A program made the translations under genes and the position numbers. 64,000 nt of DNA, taken from assembly GCA_012295275.1 (NCBI GenBank), contig CM022671.1, positions 19,282,001 to 19,346,000 on the forward strand, written 5' to 3'. Positions 1 through 11,723 of the stretch are shown here, piece after piece (positions within the stretch are counted from its first letter, which is position 1; each line of letters starts with the position of its first letter). The notes beneath the pieces are model-generated. The model searched no databases, was not told the DNA's origin, and saw nothing but the letters and a program-made list of their open reading frames with translations. The stretch comes from Chrysomallon squamiferum. Lineage: Eukaryota; Animalia; Mollusca.

Positions 1-71
1 TAGACCATTCCAAATAGCTAGTTCTTCCTCATGACTGTTTAACAGAAGCTATCTAATTAAAATATTTGTAC

Positions 72-3000
72 CTGGGTCTTTCCCAAGAAGGTGATCCCGA
101 CTGTAACAATGGACTCTGTGGACCAGTTGCTATATCAGCCAGCTGATGAAGTTTCTCCATATTACCTCCAGTTTCTGGCAGGACTAGATCTGTGGATGCT
201 ACGGTCAAAATAATTACAGTAAACACTTTTATAAATAAATACTTAAAACATAATTATATACAAATCCTAAACACAAACATACACATACACACACACTGTC
301 TACATTTAAAAAGCAACTTCATCAGTTTCTATAATGAAATTTTGTAAAATAAAATTTACTAACAGTATTATTAAATGTTAAAAGATCGAAATAATATATG
401 TAAAACTTACCATCGATAAAACATTTTTATTTTTGTTACTAGAATTTATATTAAGTATTGGACTGTACTTTTAGACCTTTAATATAATAACAGTGAACCC
501 TTCCATATTCTCTCTTTTGTTTCTTTTTCTTTTTATTTCTTTTAATTTTTAAAGCAGATATAAAGTTATCAAACACTGATGATATATATCTGATATGGGT
601 TTACCTATAAAAGGTTTAGAGCTTAGAATTTCTCAATTGTTTGTGGTTGATTTTTGTATTACAAAAAGTCTATTTTAAACAGGTTGAAATAATAACTGAG
701 AAAATAACAATAACATTAACACCTCACAAAACAACAACATTAAAAAAGGAATAATATAAAAAGCAACAAAAATGAAATACAAAACCTGATTTGTGTTGTT
801 TTTCTAACTGGTTGTCAGTGAATTCCTCACATCTTGTTTTTGATTTGTGATACCTCAAACCATTAGAACTAAAAATAAAAATGGGATGAAAAATGTATAT
901 CAACATCTTACTACAGTACTCGTATATATATGTATATGTATATGAATATGTATGTATAAAAAAACAGGGAAAAAAAAGTATATTTATTAGAAGTCTGTTT
1001 TAATATTTTTATTCCATTTCTAGTGCTCTCTGACTAGCATCAACAGCAAACACACTGGTACTTTGACTTATGAGTGCACCAACTTATGAGTTTTCTGAAT
1101 TATAAGACAGCTTCAGATATGCCGCTGTTAGTTGGTGCAACAAACAACACTACATCCAGCCTGCATCTCATACATTTACTTCATGTGGTTACCTTGCCTT
1201 TGAAGCATCTCTGTTGTGTTGTGTTCGAGTTTTGTGCAGTATTTTGAGAAATTTTTGTTTTCTGACCATGGATCCTAAGAATGTGAGTGCAAAGGACAGT
1301 GCTGAGAAGAAGAAGTGGATGATGTCCATTGAATTTAGTATAAAATCACAGAAAAATATGAACAAGGTGTGCATGTAGTCAACTTGGCTAGGCAGTATGA
1401 GTGTAGTACTTGTATGATATGTACCAAACTGAAGCAGAAGAAGTTAATAAAGGCTGTAACTCCAGCCAGAGGTGTTAAAATAATTTGTCTGATCTCCAAG
1501 ATAAATACTTTTTACAAAACCAATTTATTTCTTTACATTCTCTTTTATTTTGTTTTTTTAACAATATCTGTCATTTATAAATACATTTTTCTTATTTAAA
1601 AACATGTTACAAAAAAATGGGGTTGTTTTAGGGGGCTGGAATGGATTAATGGTATTTCAGTTAATTTCAGCTGGGAAAATTGATTTGATATACAAGCAAA
1701 ATGAGTTATGAGCTCAGTCATGGAACGAATTAAACTCCTAAGTCAAGGTACCACTGTATTTCATAGCCATTCATTAGGAACATAAATGTATTGAAATCTA
1801 ATTAAGCTAATATTCATTCATCTGTTTTCTGCTGATAACCATAAATACAGATTTAAGTCCAAAATATTTTTTATTTTGATATTTCCAGATCTTAAACATA
1901 GTTTACTAAACATAAATGAGAAAAAACTTAAACAGTGATGAGTTAAAAACAAAATTTATATAAATAATATCCAGTTACAAACTAGAACTAATTTAGTAAT
2001 ATGCAAATATTAAAGCAAATAAATAATGTATCTTTTGTTGTTACCTGCATTGTAAATAGCAATAAACCAACCTTTTAAATGATTTTTTGCATTTCGAACA
2101 CTGAAAAGGTTTGTCACTGATACTATGAGTTTGGACATGGTAACGCAGTCCTGGAGAACTGGTGAAAGTTTTCTGACAGCCATCAAATGGACATGATCTT
2201 ATCTTGTGGTTACTGTCTCCTTGTGTTTTCAGGAATTCCTGCATTCGAGATGTCTTGATGTGGGGCCGCTTACCTTCCACTCCATGCTGTTAAACAGTGA
2301 ATTACAATTTATAAATGATTTGCATGTTATTTTAAGTCTGGAAATGAAATAAAAAAAAATAAAAAATAAAATAAACTAATTTTTATTAACAGACACACAC
2401 ACACACAATCAATTACTGAATGACATATAATTATAAAAATACTGACAACGAACAATTCAGTTTGTTTTTAAGATTATCCATATAAAATAATAAAAATTTT
2501 AATATAATCTTAACAGCTGAATGACATTAAAATAATAAATATTTATTGAAGCCTAATAAGAAAAACAGATATTAATATAACAACTGTTACATCAGACCCA
2601 CCCATGCATAGACCTGAATTCATTTCACTATCTGGCTTAATACTTTATACTGATGTCTGAATTCTGATATAATTCTGTTTCTACTATTCACACAGAATAA
2701 ATGAAATGCTTTAATCCAATATAAAAACTTTAAAAATTGTAAGTAATTATTTCTATGCATTTTCACTTTTTTTCTTTATTTAATGATTTTATTTTACATA
2801 CACATTTTTTATGCGTAAAAATAATAAATATTTATTGAACTCTGAAAAGAGTAACAGATATTGATACTGCAACTGTTACATCAGTCCAGTTCATGCACAG
2901 ATCTGAATTCATCTCATTTCATATATGACTATGTGGCTTAATACTTTATACTGCTGTCTGAAATCTGATGTAATTCTGTCTCTACTATTTACACAAAATA

Positions 3001-3251
3001 ATCAGAAATGTCATACTGATACAAAACTTTAAAAATTGTAAGTAATGTTTTTTTTAATGTATTTAATTAATATATTTCAATGAATATAAATTATTTATAT
3101 GTTAAAAGATTGTTATCATTTTTATAAACTATTTATGTTAAGGAAGGAGTATAATTTGATTGTTATAATTTTTTTTTTAATTTGTAAATATTATTATGTA
3201 AATAATTATAAAGCAATTGATTATATACCATTAATTACAAAATGAAAGTCT

Positions 3252-3308
<57 letters not shown>

Positions 3309-6253
3309 TTACATAGGTTTCACAAAAGCATATGTTGCAGGCATGTATAATAATTAAGTTCATTGTTATGCCATGGTTCAAACATATCTATTGTTGCAAG
3401 AAGTGTTAAAGAGAAAACTGTGTGTTTGTTTGTGTGCCCACATACATGTGTGTGATGAATAAATTTATAAATGTATGAATGTGTGTGTTTATATATGCAT
3501 ATACATCCATCCACACACACAACACAATTTCAACATCATTTTCAGTTTTTATAATTCAAGTGTATTCATTTTTTTTTTTTTTTTTATGTTATGTTTCAAC
3601 TGGTGAACAATAATCTAATTAACGCAATTATCAGAAATGATTAAATTTGATTGTATTCAGTATTATTCCATTACCAGAGTAAAGAAAATGTTTATAATCA
3701 AGCTTAAACAAGATATCTTACTATCATTAACCAATGGTAAAATATATATGTGAAATCATAAATCTTAAACTTCGAACTAAAAGTTTGTATGAAACTAACA
3801 TTACTGAATTTCAACAATTACATAAAAACAAAAACTTCAAAATGATCAGACAGTTTAATAAAAAAAAAAAAAAAAAAAAAATAATAATAATAATAATAAT
3901 AATAAAAAGCAAACCCCCCCCCCAAAAAAAAAAAAAACCAACAGAATAGTGATTCTGATATTCACAACTTTGAAAGTTGATATAAACATTATTATATATT
4001 TAGACCTTTTGGTTTTTAAGCAATAAATGTCACACAGAAAGATGGCAAATCCATAAATATTAAAATATTCTGGAACATTGAATTAGAATCACTACATTTA
4101 TTTTGAAATAACATTCCTACCCATCATTTATAGAAAAGAGCCAGTAGGCAATTATTTTGATCATTCTACCCTTAACTGGTGATCAGATTTTCATGTTTTC
4201 AATATATTTACCAGAGAAGCATTATAAACTTTGTTTACTAATGTTTACAAGTCCCCTATGCTTAATGGCTGAATACTACTTATTGCTACCCTGAGGGAAG
4301 AAAAAACTGAATGTAGTAATAATTTTCTATGGTGGACTGATGGGATATTTCTCAGCTTACAACAGGTTCATTGCAGATTAACTATATTGTGCATGGAAAG
4401 TACTTGAGACAGATACCAGTAAGTTTCAGTTCGTTAATTTCATTATAACTTTGTGTTTGATATTTCAAAATATACTAAAGTAGTATTACAAAATAATAAT
4501 TTTTTAGACTAACATGGGAGCATCCAGTAAATTTTAAAATATGTATATAATAGTAATTAAAGTCATAGTGACAAAATAAAAGATCATAATTTTTATGTAT
4601 ACAAAGTGATTAAAACAATAGACTGTTTTTCTTCTAAAACAGAAATTTATATCATCACTAGAAATAATACAAATTTTGTTTTTTATTTTAATAATGATAA
4701 AATAAAATTAATAACTAACATAACAATATGTATCAATTTACCAAATTAGTGACCTTAACATTACAATTATGGTACCATAAAATTTCCTTTGGTTATAACT
4801 TTGCCCTTTTTCTTTCTTGATATATATTTTTTTTTTTTGAATTTTTTTTTATCTAATTGATTAATATAAAATAACATTTGCTTTTCAAAGTTTGTAATAT
4901 ACATATGCATATTATATATGTGTTTGAGTAAAAATACATATATATATATACATACATATTTCATTTAGTATTTCACTATTATCTTCTGTTTATATCAGTT
5001 TTTCTTATCATCATGTAAATAACCTCAATACACCACAAATTGTTTTCCATGAATTACATGTCATAATGATACATACATACACACAAGTGGACAGACAGAC
5101 ATACATACATATAAACCATCCAAATAATATATGTATCATTCATGAAAACAGAAATTTCAAATTTAATCCTTTTATAAATATATATTTTTATTTAAATTTT
5201 GTTTATTGTGGTTAATAAAAATATAAAAAAAATTAATAAAAATATAAAAAAAGATAATTATAATAATAATATATAAATAAAAATAATAAAATAAATTTAA
5301 AAAATTAAAAGATAAATAACAATACACACACAAACCAAATATATGTGTGTGTGGGTATATATATATATATAATTAAAAGATTTTTTTTTTTTTTTTTTTT
5401 AGACAGTTCATTTAAAAACGGTTAAAGTTATCATTATTTATGAAAATAATATTTTAATAAACAAACCAACTGAAAACCCTGCAGAGTTATAAAATACATT
5501 TTAAATTTTAAAGTTATTTATGATTAAATTTAAATGCCGTTAAGTATTAAAAATTGTTTAATCACTTAATAATCTTTTACGATACTCATTCCATAACTGT
5601 CCGAGTGTCTCAGTATCTGCTTGATTCAACAAGTGGCGCCGACTAATAAAATAATACTTTTGGCGGGTTATTCTTTTTTCTTTTCTTTTTTTAAAAACAC
5701 ATTTATACAGTATGCTCATTCCTGAAAAGCTATCACTACTGCTTCTACCGCAAAGTTGTCCTTAGCTAAGGTGATATGAAAATTACGCAATGTCCATCCA
5801 TCAGTAGACAGTATTACTATGAACTGCATAATAGTTTTTCAAATGTTTGTTTGTATAATTATCTTATCAGACCGTCAAGGACAATTATATCTAATGAGTA
5901 TCTGTTTAAAGTGGCGATAATTGATCAATAAACACTTATTTTAACACCTGCCAGATGTCCGATTTCAAACGGTGCTACACCGATTGTGCGTCCTACATAG
6001 CTTTAGTAAGTTGTAGACGTAGTATTTTTAGCAGGCGTAGTAAAGTTTTTTAAATTCCCGGTTCTCTTATTACTCTTAAGTAATGATTATGACCAGAATG
6101 ACAAAAGTAACGCAACTTAACTATTACTGCATAATGGGCTGCAAACGTGAAAATAATTATGTTTCGTCATAAATCTTTGATGAAGGTGAATAAATTTGAA
6201 AAACAGCTTGTAGTAAAAAGCTAAATGAGGTTACTCACGCCAACTGACGCCAT
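72..6253 (-). CDS. Zinc-finger protein (C2H2 + C2HC fingers), 5' part; gene continues past the window start. Exons 6239-6253, 2072-2286, 786-868, 72-198
   Basis: AACATGGCG Kozak start and GGC|GTGAGT donor; all introns GT-AG and phase-compatible. Spliced: MASVGHGVEGKRPHIKTSRMQEFLKTQGDSNHKIRSCPFDGCQKTFTSSPGLRYHVQTHSISDKPFQCSKCKKSFKSSNGLRYHKSKTRCEEF...LHQLADIATGPQSPLL. Family beyond the zinc fingers not recognised. Confidence 0.8.
1053..1756 (+). mobile_element. Internally deleted Tigger/pogo-like (Tc1-mariner superfamily) DNA transposon
   Basis: Terminal inverted repeats cactggtactttgacttatgagt ... actcctaagtcaaggtaccactg, with TA after the right end. From ATG 1268 there is a frameshifted CENP-B-type HTH remnant (MDPKNVSAKDSAEKKKWMMSIE.../VVNLARQYECSTCMICTKLKQKKLIKAVTPARGVKII). 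Confidence 0.8.
2530..3050. repeat. Diverged direct tandem duplication (~230-290 bp, 2 copies) in a zinc-finger gene intron
   Basis: aataataaatatttattgaa...caactgttacatcag...tggcttaatactttatactg...aaaaattgtaagtaat occurs at ~2531-2750 and ~2820-3047. Confidence 0.8.
3255..3304. repeat. (CA)n microsatellite
   Basis: Direct inspection. Confidence 0.95.
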
Positions 6254-6284
6254 GTTCCAAGGCCGAGAGACCGTGTCCTACTTT

Positions 6285-6460
6285 TTTCTGATTGGTTGAA
6301 AATTATCTGGAGTTTTTCCAAATGATTTTTCTCATTGGAGCACTTTGTGCAAACAACTACATTATTTATCGGAGGCTTTCCCGCTTGAAATCTGATCAAA
6401 ATGTAAACAACAAACAACCAAAGGGGCGGGGTTCTGGCTTATTTTGGCGCTTGCGCACAG
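6285..6460 (-). promoter_or_regulatory. Promoter of the zinc-finger gene: CCAAT boxes, E2F sites, GC box
   Basis: ctgattggtt (~6288-6297) and cattgg (~6333) are CCAAT on the minus strand; TTTCCCGC followed by TTGAAA (~6377-6390); GGGGCGGGG (~6423-6431); TTTGGCGC (~6443-6450). All lie directly upstream of the ATG exon. Confidence 0.65.
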
Positions 6461-7498
6461 GACATAATTGTCTCGTCAAAGACAGGTTATACAGACTTAA
6501 AAATTACCAACAATGATCTGTGATCATATTGTCATGAGTAGCATCACATGTCAAACAATTACCAATAATCATTTTATTTCCATTTGTCCCAAAACAAATA
6601 AAATAAAATTTAAATAACAACCTAAAACAAAATAATAATAATAACAATAATAATTAAATATTTGAGAGAAAAATATAATATAAATAATTTGAAAAACGAA
6701 AGAAAAAGTATTTTTAACTTTTAATTTAAGAAAATAATCTGGTTATCAATATTCTTTCCTTTTGCTAAAAAATACATTATATGGTCCATTTTGTACATTT
6801 TCCTCTAAAACAGGTAAATTGAAGAATTCTCTTTATCCCTGTAACACTTTACAGTTAGCACTTAAGAGTTTTCTCAGCTGTCATGGTTTAGATGAATTAT
6901 TAAAATCTGACTAGGGTAAAACTATATTTGATGTTGACTGTGAAAGGTGTCCAGTTAAAAGTATGTAGCAGATATATGTTATATGTTACTTGAACCCTCA
7001 GGGCCTTATAATTCATAAGATTCAACAGATTGAAGCTTAGGGTGCCTATCAAATTTTTTATTTTATTTTTGTAAAGGCACTAATACCTGCTAAAATTTAG
7101 GTTAAAGACTGGTATCAGAGTGGGCCTGGCCAAGGGTTAGTTAATATGGCCCTGTGAATCCACCATTCTGTGTTTAAAATGCAATTTATTATTATAGCAG
7201 ACAAGTCAGTATTCTTTGTTAACCTGATCATTTTTTTTAAATTTCTTACTAATATTAGTCAGTATTGATTTGAGAGGTTCTCTTTTTGATAATGAAACTA
7301 TAAAAGCTACAATTATTGCCTAAAATTTTACCACTGTTGCAAATGGATGTTTGATGATACCGCAACATAATATCAAAAACTAGAGTGTTTTAATAACATT
7401 GTAATTTCTTTTATATTACAATTATTTTTTAAATTTAAAAAGCTTGTTGTTGTGTTTGTAAAAATAGCAATATAAACAAGTAATAACTTTTAAACATT

Positions 7499-7504
7499 TT
7501 TATT
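7499..7504 (-). other. Polyadenylation signal AATAAA of the small selenoprotein-like gene
   Basis: tttatt on +, about 55 nt downstream of the SECIS-like hairpin. Confidence 0.55.
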
Positions 7505-7557
7505 TCAAAATGTACAGTATAAAATAACCAAAATAATACACACGATGTAAAGCAACC

Positions 7558-7661
7558 TCTGTAAGATTAGCTAGGATGAAAGCCATCAGTAATGACCCTC
7601 TTGTTAAAGAACAAGGTTTGAGAACAAAACATCATATGTCATCAATAGCTAATCTTGCAGA
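7558..7661 (-). promoter_or_regulatory. SECIS element (type II-like) in a 3' UTR
   Basis: Minus strand: UCUGCAAGAUUAGCUA UU GAUGA CAU AUGAU GUUUUGUUCUC AAA CC UUGUU CUUU AACAA GAGGGUCAUUAC UGAU GGCUU UCAUC C UAGCUAAUCUUACAGA. It has the AUGA/UGA core, ~11-bp helix II, unpaired AAA, an apical mini-stem and a 15/16-bp basal stem. Confidence 0.8.
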
Positions 7662-8297
7662 CATTAGTCAGATTAATTATACATCACATGTATTTATCTA
7701 TAAAAGAAATATCTTTATATAAACAGTAATTTGTTAATGATATTAAAAAAAACTAACTTACAATTATAATATAATTAAATAAAAAAAACAATCTCAATGC
7801 ATTATTCTACAATGATCAGTGACTTTAGAGTTAGAGGCAGATTTAGGAGGCCAACTGTATTCCTTTAATTTCAGAAGAAAATGCAATTATACTTCAAAAA
7901 AGTATGTACCATTTAATGCTAAGCTGTATTATACAATTTTCACAAATTATGGCTATTAATCTGAAAACCTAAAAACATACCATCTCCAAAAATTGAATGC
8001 ATGTTGTCCTTAAACTGAACCCAGTTTGACACTGAATTATTAAATGGGTCAGACGTTCTATAACAGTGGGAGATAATGTTATTCAATTTTAACACTGAAT
8101 ACTGAAGAATAATTTACTTTTAGAAAATTATGGATTGAAAATTTTAAAATATATTAAATTAATGTTCTTAACTTTATTAAATTCAGTTAAAAACCCCCAA
8201 AGAATCTTATTTTTGACACGTAAGAATAACATAAATCACCAAATTCTCTAGAAAGAGTAGTAGAGAAGACATTAAAGTAGTTTTTGACACAGAACAT

Positions 8298-8325
8298 CCA
8301 GCATACTCAGTTGAGAGCATGCTGG
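8298..8325 (-). promoter_or_regulatory. UGA-proximal stem-loop (SRE / proximal stem-loop-like)
   Basis: CCAGCAUGCUC-UCAACU-GAGUAUGCUGG, an 11-bp stem with one G-U pair, starting 10 nt after the UGA. Confidence 0.65.
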
Positions 8326-8329
8326 GAAG

Positions 8330-9146
8330 CTAGCCTCATCCTCCTGGAGAATTACAGTTACTTCTGTACACTGCTGGATTCTGCTGTGTGATCACAGTAG
8401 CCCGATCAGCTGAAAACAGAACAGTATTAAATTATTCATACAGTACAGATTAAAAATAACTAAAAATAAAAAAATAATAAAAAATAAAAATTATAATAAG
8501 AACAATAAAAAAAAAAAAATAATAATAATTTAAAAATTCATTAATTAAGAAACAATAATGAAAAATAAAAAATAGAATAATAACTAAAACTAGGTAGAAG
8601 AAATGAAAATTTATTTCTATAAACATTTACATTTCTATTTTCATATCTTTTTCTTCTATCATATTAGGAATTATAAAAATAAATTAAAAATGAAAATACA
8701 TGATTTTAAAATACTTGTGGTTAAATAAATGATGCACATAAAATGAAGTGTATATACCAGAAACCTTTTAGTCTTCAATTTATTCTTTGAAATTAACATT
8801 TTAAAATGTAAAACTATAACAAACAACAACAGAGGAAAATAACACACTAACAAAACAACAACAAATCAGAAAGACTTTGAATATGTTAAATTAAAAATGT
8901 AAATATTCACACATCCAATTTCTTTATCAGTGTTAATGGAGATAATGTGCTCCAAAGAATTAGTAATGGAATTAATCTGACCAGGGATTATTTTATTTTC
9001 ATTACCTTTTGTCATGATATCATTATCAATCACTACAATTTAAAAAAAACAACAACACCTAATTATATTATTGATCAAAATTACAGACTTTTTAAATATT
9101 ATTTCTGAAACAGACTTATTTCTGATGGAACCCATATCAAATAAAA

Positions 9147-9177
<31 letters not shown>

Positions 9178-10230
9178 ACAAATAAACAAATCAATAAACA
9201 TTTGTTTCTTGTATTCCCAACACGTTAAGCACGCTTCATCCTTGATTCATTATGTGTATGAATGGATCATTTTAATGGATAATCAAAGGTGGAAATGATT
9301 TATAGTTAAAAGAAAAAAATATTTTAAAAACACCCCACCCCCACATCATTAAATAAATGGAACCTATAATCAAATATTTAAAAACAATTATTTGAGAAAA
9401 ACTTAGAAAGCATTTTTGCAATCATTTAGAAGTGAATTTAAATCTGATTTTTACAGACTGCAAATGTAATATTTCATAAACTTTGTGAGCACATTTATGA
9501 AATTAGTTTTCAAGAGAAATAAATACAAAATGTACCATGGAGACAATTATAGCTGGCTTGTGTCCACATCAAAATTTGAGTGCAGAGCAAAAAGAACATA
9601 AAGGTTGAAGTGTGCTGTACCAGCTAGGAGAGGAATATGAATACATTAATATATACACAAACAAAATGATGTAACTGCTGGTCTATCATATGTCACTATC
9701 TACTGTTTTGAATTTCTGTCCTCAACATTTATAATTCCTGTGTTTTAAATAGAAAAATTTACTAAATCAAACCTCTCTACATGAATTTCTTGCACCTGCA
9801 AGTTAATCATACCAGACTAATGCGTGTAATTCAAATGAATCTCAATTTGAATTACCAAGCATAGACGGGTCTGATTTGGTACACTTTACTGCATTTACAT
9901 TTTACACCTAATAATCTATAAATATTAGCCATTTAATACAGTAACTATTGACCTATAATATTATGATTATGAAGATGATGCTCTTCCTATATACTTTAAA
10001 TTATTAAATATACTGATATTATTAAGTATTTTTTCTTTTATGTAAAATAAGCAAAATGTGAAAAAGACAAAAGAAACATGAGTTTAAAATGAATTATTTA
10101 CAAAATGTATTTAAAAATTAAATGAAATGGTTTTAATTTCTAATAAAAAAAATGAATTAAGAAGATATAGTTAATACTATAAGTACTGTTTATTTTATAA
10201 AACAAATGCATGTATGTATGTATGTATGTA

Positions 10231-10285
<55 letters not shown>

Positions 10286-11320
10286 ATGTGCATGTGCATA
10301 CTGCATTTGATATAAAAAAATGATTTGAAATTTATGTTGAAAAGAAGAGAATTAAATGTACTCACGCTTGTGTTTCTCCTCTGACAAACTAGAGCGAGTA
10401 CATTTTCTTTCCAGGGCTGCATTGTTCATGTTATTAGTGTTATCTGGCGCTCCGCAACATGCCTGCCGAATCTTTTCAGCTACATAGTTGCAGGCTGTAT
10501 ATAAAATACATGTATATTAATGTTTAAAAGAAAAGCTATTAATACATGAACAAAGATTAAATATCTGAATCAATCACTATAGAATATATAGCTGTAGATT
10601 GTGCTCGTATTAACCAATAAATATTTTTATTTGATTGTAAGATTTAATTAAAACATAAAAGACCTTTTTGTAACACATTAATTTATTTTAAGTTTTTTAC
10701 ATGAATATGTATTGACTGTAATATTACACTAATAGATATCTTATATATATATATAATCAATTGTTAAATATAAATATACAAAACATCAGTGATAACTAAT
10801 TCAAAGATAACAAAAATACCCACACGCTCACCCCAAAATATTTGTGTTCAAGGGATTCACATATTTAACAATTTCACAATATATTATTTACTTACAAAAG
10901 AAAATTAATGTTATTTTTGTCAAACTTCATGATCATGTTATCATTAATTTAAATATGATTAATAATTAAATAAGCATTAATAATATTTATTTCTTATATT
11001 TAGTATATACAGTAGCAGACAAACATTTTTAGGAGCCCTATTATGGGGGCCCTTCACAAGGTGCAATGAGGTCTGGGTAACCATAATTATCTTATTCTAT
11101 GACTTATTCCATAATAGATTTGAAAATAGATCTGGGTTTAGGAGCCCTGAAGCTTAAGCTTGATTAAATTCATATTAGATCCATATATTAATATATATAA
11201 TACACATACGTGACATAGTGTTTTATGGTTTTAAAAAATCACAACGAGCAGGTAAATAATCCTTTCCTAACATATCTGGAGTAATATACATATGGCTCTC
11301 TTTCTATATAATTGCAACAT
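8330..11320 (-). CDS. Candidate small selenoprotein (~79 aa, C-terminal GG-U-G). Coding exons 11290-11320, 10366-10494, 8330-8409; 5'UTR exon ending at 11478
   Basis: Phase-1 GT-AG joins give MLQLYRKRAISCNYVAEKIRQACCGAPDNTNNMNNAALERKCTRSSLSEEKHKPDRATVITQQNPAVYRSNCNSPGG-U-G*. TGA is at 8336-8338, then GGC and TAG (8330-8332), with a SECIS ~700 nt downstream. The last two exons are well supported; the start exon is less certain (fallback start Met33, 47 aa). Confidence 0.72.
10210..10284. repeat. (TATG)n-(TG)n compound microsatellite
   Basis: Direct inspection. Confidence 0.95.
11010..11185. mobile_element. Possible degenerate MITE remnant
   Basis: GC-richer island with ggagccct repeats and a gaagcttaagct...tagatcc end. 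A similar reverse-oriented fragment occurs at ~7000-7055. Ends are not clean. Confidence 0.3.
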
Positions 11321-11519
11321 CACAGGATGACTTGGCGAAAAATATGTCAATGACACCTGTCAGGTTTCAATAACTTACTATTAATAATGATTATTATACA
11401 TGAAACTAGTAGAAATAACACTAGTAATAGTAATACTAAAAATAATTACGATAAGGACAAGAAATATGGATTCTTACCGTTTATAATTAATCAAACCATC
11501 CTTGAGATCTCAGTATAAT

Positions 11520-11723
11520 GTTCCAAGGGAACGAACTTTTAAATATTTCAAGACGAAACTGGCAAAAGACGCAACGAAGGTAACCTAAGTGGAAAGTCCA
11601 GGCAACAATAAACCTTTGATAATATGACCTGATCACGTGATTCCCGGAAATAAACTAAATGTATGTCCCCCAGCATTATGGTCAAAGTAAATTTGTATTT
11701 TAAGTAGTGTTTATTAATAACCG
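11520..11723. promoter_or_regulatory. Bidirectional promoter between the selenoprotein-like gene (-) and GRAMD4 (+)
   Basis: Divergent donors ACG|GTAAGA (minus, 11477) and CCG|GTAAGG (plus, ~11724) are ~250 bp apart. Between them: TCACGTGA (11633-11640), TTCCCGGAA (11641-11649), GGAAAGTCC (11591-11599). Confidence 0.6.

Noticed and set aside
3320-4964. Short ORFs in the track (also 10195, 12136, 13000, 44112, 44930, 45415 and others)
   Set aside because: They derive from microsatellites or AT-rich low-complexity intron DNA, with no coherent splice context.
5580-5642. Exon-like minus-strand segment (RRHLLNQADTETLGQLWNEY) in zinc-finger intron 1
   Set aside because: The donor is weak and its phases do not fit the phase-0 intron; the gene splices cleanly without it.
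9536-9623. Possible extra exon of the small selenoprotein gene that might supply a TM helix
   Set aside because: It contains an in-frame TAA in the required phase.
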